A DNA stretch of 64,000 nucleotides from Waterburya sp. Its GTDB lineage: Bacteria > Cyanobacteriota > Cyanobacteriia > Cyanobacteriales > Xenococcaceae. A program made the position numbers and the translations under genes. Below, in pieces: positions 22,932 to 32,246 of this stretch. The notes beneath the pieces are model-generated. The model worked only from the letters and a program-made list of their open reading frames with translations, was not told the DNA's origin and made no database searches. The first letter of the stretch is position 1. Each line of letters begins with the position of its first letter. The stretch lies in assembly GCA_965217895.1 (NCBI GenBank), contig CBDCJV010000002.1, positions 4,704,001-4,768,000 of the forward strand. The letters are read 5' to 3'.

Positions 22932-23375
22932 TCAACGATTTAAGTAATTTACTAAAGCCTGCAACCCTAAACGATAGCTATCTGCACCAAAACCGCTGAT
23001 TTGACCGACTACAACAGGTGCAAGGTAAGAATAATGCCTAAACTCTTCTCTGGTGTAAATATTGCTTAAATGCACTTCTACAGTTGGTATCTGCACAGCG
23101 GCGATCGCATCTCGAATAGCCACGCTGGTGTGAGTGTAAGCTCCTGCATTAATGACAATTCCCTGACGTGTTAATCTGGCATCATGTATCGCATCTACCA
23201 GTACACCTTCATGATTAGACTGCAAGCAGTCAATACTAACCTGCAGTTTTTGAGCGTCTAAATCCAGAGCTTGATTAATCTGCTCTATGGTGGTCGAGCC
23301 GTATATTCCAGGTTCGCGAAGTCCTAATAAATTTAAGTTAGGACCATGCAGAACTAGTACGCTTATTTCAGGCAC
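22932..23375 (-). CDS. aroQ: Type II 3-dehydroquinate dehydratase
   Basis: [38 protein letters not shown]. Confidence 0.97.
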   Translation of the reverse strand: MPEISVLVLHGPNLNLLGLREPGIYGSTTIEQINQALDLDAQKLQVSIDCLQSNHEGVLVDAIHDARLTRQGIVINAGAYTHTSVAIRDAIAAVQIPTVEVHLSNIYTREEFRHYSYLAPVVVGQISGFGADSYRLGLQALVNYLNR

Positions 23376-23407
23376 AGCTTGTTACATAATTAAGCTTGAA
23401 CAGTTAA

Positions 23408-23551
23408 TTAACGATAACGATGACGTTGACGATCATCAACTGGAACAGGAATCGCTTCTCTTTCATGCTCAGCTTCTGGTCCTAGCAACATTTCAATTAA
23501 CTTTTGAGCTATGTCTCTTAATTTGTCAAGTAATTGTTCTATATAGTCCAT
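23408..23551 (-). CDS. Small protein, 47 aa (not in ORF track)
   Basis: MDYIEQLLDKLRDIAQKLIEMLLGPEAEHEREAIPVPVDDRQRHRYR*; AGGAG RBS upstream; co-oriented just upstream of aroQ. Confidence 0.75.
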   Translation of the reverse strand: MDYIEQLLDKLRDIAQKLIEMLLGPEAEHEREAIPVPVDDRQRHRYR

Positions 23552-23888
23552 CGGATAAACAGCTCCTTCAGGAAAACCTTAAATACTACTTATTTTTTCA
23601 TCTTTGCCCAGAGGCAATGAAGCCTCTACCGTTTTGCATACCACAAACGGGCTATAGGCTTTAACTTTTACATTCTAACAAATTCCTTAACGATTCATTT
23701 TATACGCAGGAAATGAAGTTTTAAAAAAGTTACTAGATCAAGGTTAACACAAGCTGAGGTTATGAGTATATATTCTCACCTTAAATCAATGCCTTCTTAA
23801 GATTCTCATAATTATTGCTTACCTCGATCTTGAGTAAAATTAGCAAACTCAAAACAACGTCAGTTTAGGTTAAGACAATTCTATTAAT

Positions 23889-24794
23889 CTATTCGTAACC
23901 CAACTGACGAGCGATGGTTATAACATCAGGAATAAAACCCTTTTTATCTTGACGCCAGTCCAAAGGGCCATCTAAAGACCCTGTAGATGCTCTGGGTCTG
24001 GACTTAAAAATAGGCGAGTGGAGAAAATTAGGATCGTTACCTAATGGTGCGCCATAAGGACCCAAACAAGCATAGGGAGAATTCTGTGGTTGCAGCATAC
24101 ACTCTAAAGATGCTTCATCATTATCCCATCCCATCCACTCTGATATCTCCTTAAAGTACAGTTTAGGATTTTCCATGATGTCTTCTCCTTGCAAATGCTT
24201 TTTTCTTGACTCTGGAATTGTTTTGAGAAACTCTAAAATAGTTCGTTGAATTTTTACCCACGCATATTGAGGATCTAATGTTGGCGGATCTGTGGAGTAG
24301 TCAATAGCATTAAATAGAATCGTCATTTTTCCATCAGCAATTTTCATCATCGAATTGCCTTGGGCTCTAGGATGACGAGTAATATACAAAAAGCGTGATT
24401 CAGGAAATGTCTGATTCATACGTTCGAGGGCATTGTAGTTAAATGAATAAGCTGGACTCTTATCGACCACCTGTTGCGGAAAAACTTGGCGACAAAGCTC
24501 AGTATAAAAATCTCCTGAATATGAGTCTTGATGCTCAATGTAAAAACGTTTGGCAGTAATAATCGAATCTAGAGTTTGCTCCCCAGTATAGAGCTGAGCA
24601 ATAGTTCTCATAATACCGTGCAGTTGAAACGAAGAACTACCTGTTCTAGATCGGACAAATTCCCCCAATGTATCAGCTAGAAAGAGGTTGAGTTCAGGAA
24701 CCCCGTAGGCTTGAGGATGTTGCCCAATCATGGCACACAATAGTGACGTAAATGAGCGAGGAGCAGCCAAAATGAAGAGAGGATGTCTAATCAT
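23889..24794 (-). CDS. PAPS-dependent sulfotransferase
   Basis: 5'-PSB loop APRSFTSLL, VDKSP, 3'-PB motif TRHPRAQGNS. Confidence 0.9.
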   Translation of the reverse strand: MIRHPLFILAAPRSFTSLLCAMIGQHPQAYGVPELNLFLADTLGEFVRSRTGSSSFQLHGIMRTIAQLYTGEQTLDSIITAKRFYIEHQDSYSGDFYTELCRQVFPQQVVDKSPAYSFNYNALERMNQTFPESRFLYITRHPRAQGNSMMKIADGKMTILFNAIDYSTDPPTLDPQYAWVKIQRTILEFLKTIPESRKKHLQGEDIMENPKLYFKEISEWMGWDNDEASLECMLQPQNSPYACLGPYGAPLGNDPNFLHSPIFKSRPRASTGSLDGPLDWRQDKKGFIPDVITIARQLGYE

Positions 24795-24814
24795 ACGTTA
24801 TTAACAAGGGAAAC

Positions 24815-26188
24815 TTAGGGAATCCATGACCAAACTTCTACTTGAAAAAATCTGACGAGAGGTCTTGTGAAAACAACAATTGCAGGCATTCTTTCACCCT
24901 CAATCTTAGCATGACCTGTCATACCTGTTTTTAAGAGCCTATCTAAATTTGGTAGTTCGACTATCACATTGACATAACGATTATTTAATTCTTCTGTAGT
25001 TGTTGGTTCTATAGAAATAACCTTTCCTTTTATTTTTTGGTCGGGATAAGCTAGCAACTTAACGGTGACGGTTTCGTTAATGTCAAATTGCCCAACATCG
25101 GTTTCGGCAATCCGCATCTGGGCGCGAGCATTGCGATCGTCTTCGCTCGTTGCAAAAGTATTTCCTTGTTCAATATAAGTGCCAACTTTTTGGTCTAGAA
25201 ACGGCGTGATTATACGACCATCAAAAGGCATATTCAAAGTATCAAGTACAAGCTGCTTTTTAGTACTCTCAAGGTCTGTCTTAGTTTCTCGCAGTTTTGA
25301 TTCGGCAATTTCTACAGTATGACGAGCGGACTGTATTTCATCAGGATGAGGACCGCTTAAAGTCAGACTAAGCATAGAATTTTTTTCCATTACTGCCTTT
25401 TCTTGAGTTTTGACATTTAGTCTTGCCTCCTCTACTTTTTCCTTCATAACTTTAACATCTGAAGCTGCTTCGGCAACTTTGTCCTGGGCAACTTGGGCTT
25501 CTCTTTGGGCATCGTCATAATCCTGCGCAGAAACTACCCCCTCGTCAGCAAGTTCTTTCTGGCGCAAAGCTTCCTTTGATTTAAATTTTTCTGATGAGAC
25601 TTCAACTTGAAGCGTTTTCTCGGCTAAATCTACTTCTCTTTGACTAACTTTAAGTTTTTGCTTGGCAACTTCGAGATCATCTTCTGCTTCTGTTAATTGC
25701 GCTTGAGAAACATCTACTTCTTCTTTTCTAGGAGTTGATAATAATTTATTTAAATTGGACTTTTCTTTGGCTAAATTTGCTTCTTGGCTCTCAATATTTT
25801 CTTGAATAATAGAGAGATCATCTTTGATAGGCGTAGCTGGATTAAGTTGGTGTGAAGGCTCAATTTTAGCAATTACAGTACCCTTCTTAATCCAGGCACC
25901 ATCTCCGCCGACAGTAGAAACTTCAGTAATTCTGCCAGATATGTCTGCCTGAATTTCTTTCTGTTTCGGTGGCAAAAGCTCAATTTTACCGCCAGGATTA
26001 TATTTGTAAGGTATTATACAAACAACAGCAAACCCAAGAGCAAACCACAAAATATTATAATTAAATTTTTTTAGCTGCTTGGTTTGAGGCGAATAGACGA
26101 TATCTCCTTTGACTCTTGGTGGAGATAGATTGGAATTGCTTGGAGTTGTCAACGAATTTTTTTTGCCGTTTTCATTTTGAGGATTCAT
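24815..26188 (-). CDS. HlyD-family / periplasmic adaptor (membrane fusion) protein
   Basis: Single N-terminal TM, lipoyl-like halves (ADISGRIT...; MPFDGRI), long coiled coil, LKTGMTGHAKI. Confidence 0.9.
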   Translation of the reverse strand: MNPQNENGKKNSLTTPSNSNLSPPRVKGDIVYSPQTKQLKKFNYNILWFALGFAVVCIIPYKYNPGGKIELLPPKQKEIQADISGRITEVSTVGGDGAWIKKGTVIAKIEPSHQLNPATPIKDDLSIIQENIESQEANLAKEKSNLNKLLSTPRKEEVDVSQAQLTEAEDDLEVAKQKLKVSQREVDLAEKTLQVEVSSEKFKSKEALRQKELADEGVVSAQDYDDAQREAQVAQDKVAEAASDVKVMKEKVEEARLNVKTQEKAVMEKNSMLSLTLSGPHPDEIQSARHTVEIAESKLRETKTDLESTKKQLVLDTLNMPFDGRIITPFLDQKVGTYIEQGNTFATSEDDRNARAQMRIAETDVGQFDINETVTVKLLAYPDQKIKGKVISIEPTTTEELNNRYVNVIVELPNLDRLLKTGMTGHAKIEGERMPAIVVFTRPLVRFFQVEVWSWIP

Positions 26189-27464
26189 GACGATACCATC
26201 TTAAAATAAGGGCTAATAGCAAACAGAACAAAACAACACCTGTACCTTGAAATTGCTTTTCCAATAGGGTGGCGATAGGAATAGCAAGACTAATGATTAT
26301 TGAAGTTATTAATAAGACAAATAATATGACGTAGGAGTATAGTACAATTTTTTCTCGTCCCAATAATTTTTTGGGTAATGGGCGACGTGCCAATGTCATA
26401 GCTCCAACCTGCATTGCACGGTCATAAAGCCGATATATATTGAAATATGTTGTTAACCACAGATAGCCATTAGAGGATTTCCAAAAGGGACTTAGATCGA
26501 TGAGCAAGCCAATCATTGCAGATTGTGAGAACGTTAATACTAAAGTCGTTAAACCACTCTGAGTAGCTCTGGTGAGAAACCAAGTTAAAATACAAAGGCT
26601 GAATAAACTCAAGCGGTAGAAAATAGGAGCAGAAAATATGCTTAGCTTTGCTGTCCTGCTTAATTTTTTAATTCCTTGTTTATTGATATAAAACAAAGGA
26701 AAAAATCCAAACTCTAATTTACAGCCAAAATCACCAACTTTTCCTCCATGAAATATTATTGTTACTCCCTGTACAACCTTACTACTCATGTTGACCAAAA
26801 GTAAACTCAGGGTCAATCTTTGAAAAAAAGGTAGATTTTTAATGAAAAAATTAAGGTCAAGTATAAAATCTGAAGAGTTATATAGTAGGGTTAATATTGA
26901 GAGAATAAATACGGGAAGAAATAACCAGATAGACAGCAGCAAGTAAAATGGTTGAGAAACAATCAACAGCGTCTTAAATAAAGGATCTGGATTAAAAAGT
27001 GAAAACTTATACTGTTCGTTTTTCTTTTGTTCCTGATTATTGCTGTGCTGATTTTCAAATTTAGAGACAAGGCTGTTGGCATAATTTTGATAAGTTTTGC
27101 TCGGTTCGTCGTCAATCTTGTCTGTCGAAAATTGGGTAGAACCATGATTGTCCTGAACAGCACTCAAAACAGGTTCTCGGTGATAAGTTTCTAATAAGTC
27201 TGATTCATCTAGAAAAGTCGAAAAGAACTTAAATTCTGATGATTCTAATCGATAGTTGAACTTTTCTTCAAACCTGCTTATTATTTCTGTTGGTGTTAGA
27301 TTACCATTCATCAATAGACAAATATAAATTTCTTCAGGAACAAACTCAAATATTTGTTTGGATGATGGATTTTTAACGAAATAGCTAATGGCATCATTTC
27401 CTGCATCCGTATTCAATACAACAGTAAGATCTTGTCGAAAACGGTTATAGTTTGGTCTATACAT
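26172..27464 (-). CDS. Polytopic membrane protein: PqqD-like N-terminus plus M50-like domain lacking HExxH
   Basis: YFVKNPSSKQIFEF...MNGNLTPTEIISRFEEKF; GGKVGDFG...FGFFPLFY; DLSPFWKSSNGYLWL; the zinc-motif position reads NMSSKVVQG. Confidence 0.7.
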   Translation of the reverse strand: MYRPNYNRFRQDLTVVLNTDAGNDAISYFVKNPSSKQIFEFVPEEIYICLLMNGNLTPTEIISRFEEKFNYRLESSEFKFFSTFLDESDLLETYHREPVLSAVQDNHGSTQFSTDKIDDEPSKTYQNYANSLVSKFENQHSNNQEQKKNEQYKFSLFNPDPLFKTLLIVSQPFYLLLSIWLFLPVFILSILTLLYNSSDFILDLNFFIKNLPFFQRLTLSLLLVNMSSKVVQGVTIIFHGGKVGDFGCKLEFGFFPLFYINKQGIKKLSRTAKLSIFSAPIFYRLSLFSLCILTWFLTRATQSGLTTLVLTFSQSAMIGLLIDLSPFWKSSNGYLWLTTYFNIYRLYDRAMQVGAMTLARRPLPKKLLGREKIVLYSYVILFVLLITSIIISLAIPIATLLEKQFQGTGVVLFCLLLALILRWYRHESSK

Positions 27465-27498
27465 TTAATTCATCTTCAGAACAAGTAATTATCAAAGA

Positions 27499-30400
27499 CT
27501 AATTTGAATCAATGGTGGATAGAATAGGCGGATTACAAAATCCAAATATTTCGCCATTTTCATTACAGCCAAAACTAATCGCGGGCATATTAGTAATTTC
27601 TTCGATTTGCGGGCAACGAGCATAGATCGTTCCTGCCGAAGTCGAGAGAATTTCAATATCAACAGGAGCAAGAGCAAGTTGAAAATATTTCTCTGCCCAC
27701 TCGCGGATTCCATCTTTGACTGTAATAATTCCTAGAAGCCAATTTACCTGCTCAAGACCTTTATCTGGCAGCTGATACCAGTAATCTCTTTCGGCAGTAT
27801 TAAGAATTAGATGAGCTAATACTCTTTTCCAAATTCCCCAAGAGTCATTCAAAAACCTTTCGGAAAAAGGTTCAATTCGGCGACAAACATATCCTGATTT
27901 ACTCGAAGCACAAGAATTAGACAGATATGCAGTTGTAGGATGTAATCGACATTCATAGTAGCGAAGAGGAACTCGATAATATCGGTCTTGCCAACCTGAT
28001 AAACGAGCAATTACCTGACCATCTTGGTCAAAAAAGTCAAAATTTGCTGTTGTCTGTGAATCGCTCACAAATTCGATAAATCCTCTACAGATAACAACGC
28101 TTCCAGCAGCTAAAGGAGGTCGATACTGCTGAAAAGCAGTTACTCTAAAAGGAAATACATTAAAATCTGGCTCAGACTGTTCTAATACCCAATAACCTAC
28201 CAATTGCCCAGCAGCATCCAGTAAGCCAGGGTCAATTTGGAAAATAGGCGGAGGTGATGTTTGAAAAAAATCATCAATCTCGATAACCTTCAACTCAGCT
28301 TCAATTTCTTGTTTATTCCAGCCTCTTATGTGTGTTACTCCTTGAAAACGAGGACCATGGAACATACCCGTTTGATATAGTTGGCTATCAGACCAACGAG
28401 AGGCTGTCCAAGAATCATAGGTAAACGCCATCGGTGAAGGTGGATTTGGAAACTGAACTGCCAAGTTAACCGTACCTTCAAACACCAAATGGCGATCGAC
28501 AACATCGTTATTGGTATATTGAAAGAATTTGACCTGGACTTTAGAGCTGTGGGATTCTTGTTCAGAGAGTCTTTGAGCCTCAATACCTAACAGTAAGGCA
28601 TCGCGATCTAGACTTAACCAACGATATCCCCGCATATTTTCCATGCCGATTACTACATACTGATTATCTGTTAAGTAAACCGCTGCTTCGGCTATTACTT
28701 CCAAACTTACCGTAAATGGTATGACTGGTAAAGGATTTAGCTCAGGATGGAAATTAGATAATTTTCCACCTATGGTGTGATCGTAGAGAAAAATATCTTC
28801 TTCTAGGGTGAATAATCTTTCACTATAAAAAAATCCGTCACCCTGCTGTCGAATCTGACCTATGAGAGGAAAAGGATTTACTCTATTACTATGCTCGATG
28901 TTTGTGCTAGTTGACTTTTCACTTGCGCGATCTTCAATTGAATTATCTGGCTGGCTAAATATATGGTTGTCAAAGAGCTGACTAGAAATGCGGCTATGAC
29001 TGTCTAGAAAAGTACGCATTAAGTCAAAGTGCTGATGAATAAAAGACAGTTGACCTGCATCTGAAACACTTAGATCGGGATTTGATACTTCAAAACTTGA
29101 TAAGCTGCCAGATTCAAGACTAGATAAAGGAGCTGATTGGGGCGATCGCAAATCCGTCTCTAAATCTGCCTCTAAATAATTGCCACTAGGAAGTGGATTA
29201 TCAATCAATTGTTCTTTAGGCTGAGATGAATTTGACAGAGAATTGAGTGGAATAGGTGCAGAAGAATTTGAAATAACTTCTCTTCGTCCTAATACTTTAG
29301 CCCGAACCTCTTCTACGAATTCTGGAGAGAGACTCATGACTGGCATAGTTAAATCAAGAATGCAACTATTAGGCTGCTTCTTATCTAGCTTTGCCGATTT
29401 TGAGAGTTCCCAATCTAAGTAATTTAAATTCCGATGTTGGTAGAGGGGACTAAAATTTAATGATGCTCCATGAACAAACAAAGATGCTAGTAAGTTTTGT
29501 AATTGAGCCAAACCAGACTTGCGTTGATGATTACTTGATAGTGCTAGATATTCTTGTTTGCGTAGAACATCATTGACAAAGCCCGTTAGATTGCTGCTTG
29601 GACCGACCTCGACAAAAGTGCGAATACCTTCATTATGGAAAAGGGTTTCAATTGTCTGAGAAAATCTTACGCAATTAGACCATTGTTGAGCTGCTAATGC
29701 TCTAATTTCTGCTGGCTCCTCGGAAAAATAATCAGCTTTGACACAAGAATAAAGACGAATATTACCTGAACCAACTTTAATAGCATCATAAAAAGATTGG
29801 AATGCTTGGCTGACATTTTTAAACAAAGGAGTATGATAAGCTCGATCAAAAGGCAAAAGACTACATATTCCGCCGACTGCTTTAACCTTGTCTATTGTCA
29901 ACTCAATATCAGCTTGACTACCAAAAATAATAGCTTGGTTGGGACAATTGTGCATAGCTAAGTGTATGCGTCCTGAAAATTCTCCTAGAAGTTGCTGCAA
30001 AAACTCAGAAGAAACTGCTCCAACAGAAAGTAACGCACCTTTGGGAATAGCATCTTCGCCTGCTAGATTTTGATAAATCTGATTAAGGTGCTGCATCATG
30101 GTGCTTAGCTCTTCTTTGTTCTCCAACTTAATGGTGTTCGAGGCCACTAATGCAGTACTTTCTCCCGTGCTATGACCTACGGCAATTTTTCCCTTAACAC
30201 CCAATGAAGTTAAAAGTTCATGGAGTGCAAGGCTGGCAATAAAAACTGTTTCTGAGGCCAAATCCATGCTGAATAGTTTTTGCTGAGCTTGTAGTTGTTC
30301 CTCCGATGTCAAATTGATCGATGGAGGGGGAAAAATAAAACTGCTAGGGGGTGAATCTCTTTGTTCACCAAAGGTTCGATCTAGAAAATCAAACCAAGCG

Positions 30401-32226
30401 CGAACTTGAGGAAAATATAGACAAAGATCTGCCAACATATTCGGATACTGAGAACCTTCTCCTGGGAATAATAAAGCTGTCTTTTCCGAGTTTGCCAGAG
30501 AGCTTCCTTGGGCAAAATATATACTGCCACGGGTTTTAAGAGGTTGCCGACTATGATCTGCTAATTTACTTAGTATTTGCTTGATTTTCTTTTGGCAATC
30601 TTCTTGGTCGCTAACCACTAGAGCAAGGCGATACTGACCTCGATCTGAAATATTAGTAGCTAAAGTATAGGCAAGGTCGGCCAAGGAAAAATCTAGCTGG
30701 TTAAGCATAAATTCTTGTAGCTTCTCCACTTGGGAATGAAGAGATTCTAGGTCTTGAGCTTGAAACATCAGTAGCTCTGAAGTCCAAGTTTTATGCAGCT
30801 GTTCTAAAGGCTTAGATTTAGTGCCAGTATATTCTTCGACTATAGCGTGGGTATTTACTCCTCCAAATCCGAAGGAGTTAACGCCAGCTCTTCTTGGTGA
30901 GTCGGTCTTTCCATGAATCCAAGGACGAGTCTCAGTATTGATGTAGAAGGGAGTTTTATGAATCTCTAGTTCTGGATTGATCTCCTCACACAAAGTCGGA
31001 GGTAAAACTTTATGATATAGAGCTAAAACAACCTTAATTAAACTTGCAGAGCCTGCTGCGGGAATACAGTGTCCGATCATAGATTTGACTGAACCTACAG
31101 CACAGGTTGGTAATGGACTAGTGCGCGAGCCAAATAATTGGCTTAGTGATTTAAATTCAGTTTGATCTCCTAAAGGAATTCCCGTTCCATGAGCCTCAAT
31201 TAGCCCCACTGACTTTGGATCTACTTTGCTGCTAGTATAAGCTCGCTCTAAAGCAATGACTTCTCCCTCCATGCGTGGTGCCAAAAGTCCTAGAGCTTTG
31301 CCGTCACTTGATGAACCTACGCCCTTTAATAAAGCGTATATTCTATCGTTGTCCCGTTCAGCATCTGCCAAGCGTTTTAAAACTAAAATTCCCATTCCTT
31401 CCCCTAGCAAAGTGCCATCTCCATTACTGCTAAAAGGTCTTAGCTTGCCATGGGATAATGCTTTAAGCATACAAAAGACCATGTTGATTTGAGGCGGAGT
31501 CGAGGCATGAACTCCACCTGTCAACATCAAATCACAGCGATCGCTTTGCAGTTCTCTGATCGCTGCATCTACTGCTACTAAAGACGAGGAACAGGCTGCA
31601 TCAACAATATAGTTAGGGCCTTTAAAATCTAAACGATTGGCAATACGTCCAGTAATAACGTTAGGCACAAATCCTGGAGCTACTTCAGCGGTAAAGGGAG
31701 GCAAAGAAGATTTGAGATGACTGCGAATTTGTCCTAATAGATTCCGATCTAGCTCTGGCAGAAGCTGATGCAATATATCTAAGGTTTGATCGACAATTTG
31801 TCCATGCTGTAGCAAATTATCATAGCCACGATTGACGTATGTTCCTCGCCCCAGAATAATTCCTGTCCGCTCTCGGTTAAAATCTTTGTCTAAGTAACCT
31901 GCATCTTGGAGAGCTTGGGAAGCCAAGCGGAGAGCTAAAAAGTGATCTGGCTCACCTCCATCTATAGAGTTTGGCATAATACCAAAGTCTAAGGGATTGA
32001 ATTCTGCTAATTCTCCCAAAAATCCTCCCAAGCGAGTATAAATTCTGTCATTCTCTGTAGACTGAGGATCGCAAAAAGATAACGCCCAATTATCTGGTGC
32101 TTTGGTAATTGCATCTACTTTATTGAGAATGTTTTGCCAATAAACCTGTAGATTTTCGGCTTGGGGAAACAATGCAGACATACCGACAATTGCAATATCG
32201 CTAGAAGCAGAAACAGAATTCATCAT
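27499..32226 (-). CDS. Type I PKS: KS-AT-DH plus degenerate PPTase-like tail, no ACP
   Basis: KS DAACSSSL/EAHGTG/GHCIPAAG; AT GHSTGE/RAYHT; DH LYDHTIGG…P and DPGLLD; tail ERDYW…WLLGIITVKDG. Confidence 0.93.
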   Translation of the reverse strand: MMNSVSASSDIAIVGMSALFPQAENLQVYWQNILNKVDAITKAPDNWALSFCDPQSTENDRIYTRLGGFLGELAEFNPLDFGIMPNSIDGGEPDHFLALRLASQALQDAGYLDKDFNRERTGIILGRGTYVNRGYDNLLQHGQIVDQTLDILHQLLPELDRNLLGQIRSHLKSSLPPFTAEVAPGFVPNVITGRIANRLDFKGPNYIVDAACSSSLVAVDAAIRELQSDRCDLMLTGGVHASTPPQINMVFCMLKALSHGKLRPFSSNGDGTLLGEGMGILVLKRLADAERDNDRIYALLKGVGSSSDGKALGLLAPRMEGEVIALERAYTSSKVDPKSVGLIEAHGTGIPLGDQTEFKSLSQLFGSRTSPLPTCAVGSVKSMIGHCIPAAGSASLIKVVLALYHKVLPPTLCEEINPELEIHKTPFYINTETRPWIHGKTDSPRRAGVNSFGFGGVNTHAIVEEYTGTKSKPLEQLHKTWTSELLMFQAQDLESLHSQVEKLQEFMLNQLDFSLADLAYTLATNISDRGQYRLALVVSDQEDCQKKIKQILSKLADHSRQPLKTRGSIYFAQGSSLANSEKTALLFPGEGSQYPNMLADLCLYFPQVRAWFDFLDRTFGEQRDSPPSSFIFPPPSINLTSEEQLQAQQKLFSMDLASETVFIASLALHELLTSLGVKGKIAVGHSTGESTALVASNTIKLENKEELSTMMQHLNQIYQNLAGEDAIPKGALLSVGAVSSEFLQQLLGEFSGRIHLAMHNCPNQAIIFGSQADIELTIDKVKAVGGICSLLPFDRAYHTPLFKNVSQAFQSFYDAIKVGSGNIRLYSCVKADYFSEEPAEIRALAAQQWSNCVRFSQTIETLFHNEGIRTFVEVGPSSNLTGFVNDVLRKQEYLALSSNHQRKSGLAQLQNLLASLFVHGASLNFSPLYQHRNLNYLDWELSKSAKLDKKQPNSCILDLTMPVMSLSPEFVEEVRAKVLGRREVISNSSAPIPLNSLSNSSQPKEQLIDNPLPSGNYLEADLETDLRSPQSAPLSSLESGSLSSFEVSNPDLSVSDAGQLSFIHQHFDLMRTFLDSHSRISSQLFDNHIFSQPDNSIEDRASEKSTSTNIEHSNRVNPFPLIGQIRQQGDGFFYSERLFTLEEDIFLYDHTIGGKLSNFHPELNPLPVIPFTVSLEVIAEAAVYLTDNQYVVIGMENMRGYRWLSLDRDALLLGIEAQRLSEQESHSSKVQVKFFQYTNNDVVDRHLVFEGTVNLAVQFPNPPSPMAFTYDSWTASRWSDSQLYQTGMFHGPRFQGVTHIRGWNKQEIEAELKVIEIDDFFQTSPPPIFQIDPGLLDAAGQLVGYWVLEQSEPDFNVFPFRVTAFQQYRPPLAAGSVVICRGFIEFVSDSQTTANFDFFDQDGQVIARLSGWQDRYYRVPLRYYECRLHPTTAYLSNSCASSKSGYVCRRIEPFSERFLNDSWGIWKRVLAHLILNTAERDYWYQLPDKGLEQVNWLLGIITVKDGIREWAEKYFQLALAPVDIEILSTSAGTIYARCPQIEEITNMPAISFGCNENGEIFGFCNPPILSTIDSN

Positions 32227-32246
32227 TGATTTGCTGAGGGAGTAGA

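Noticed and set aside
23287..23664. 125-aa plus-strand ORF
   Set aside because: Antisense shadow of aroQ and the 47-aa gene
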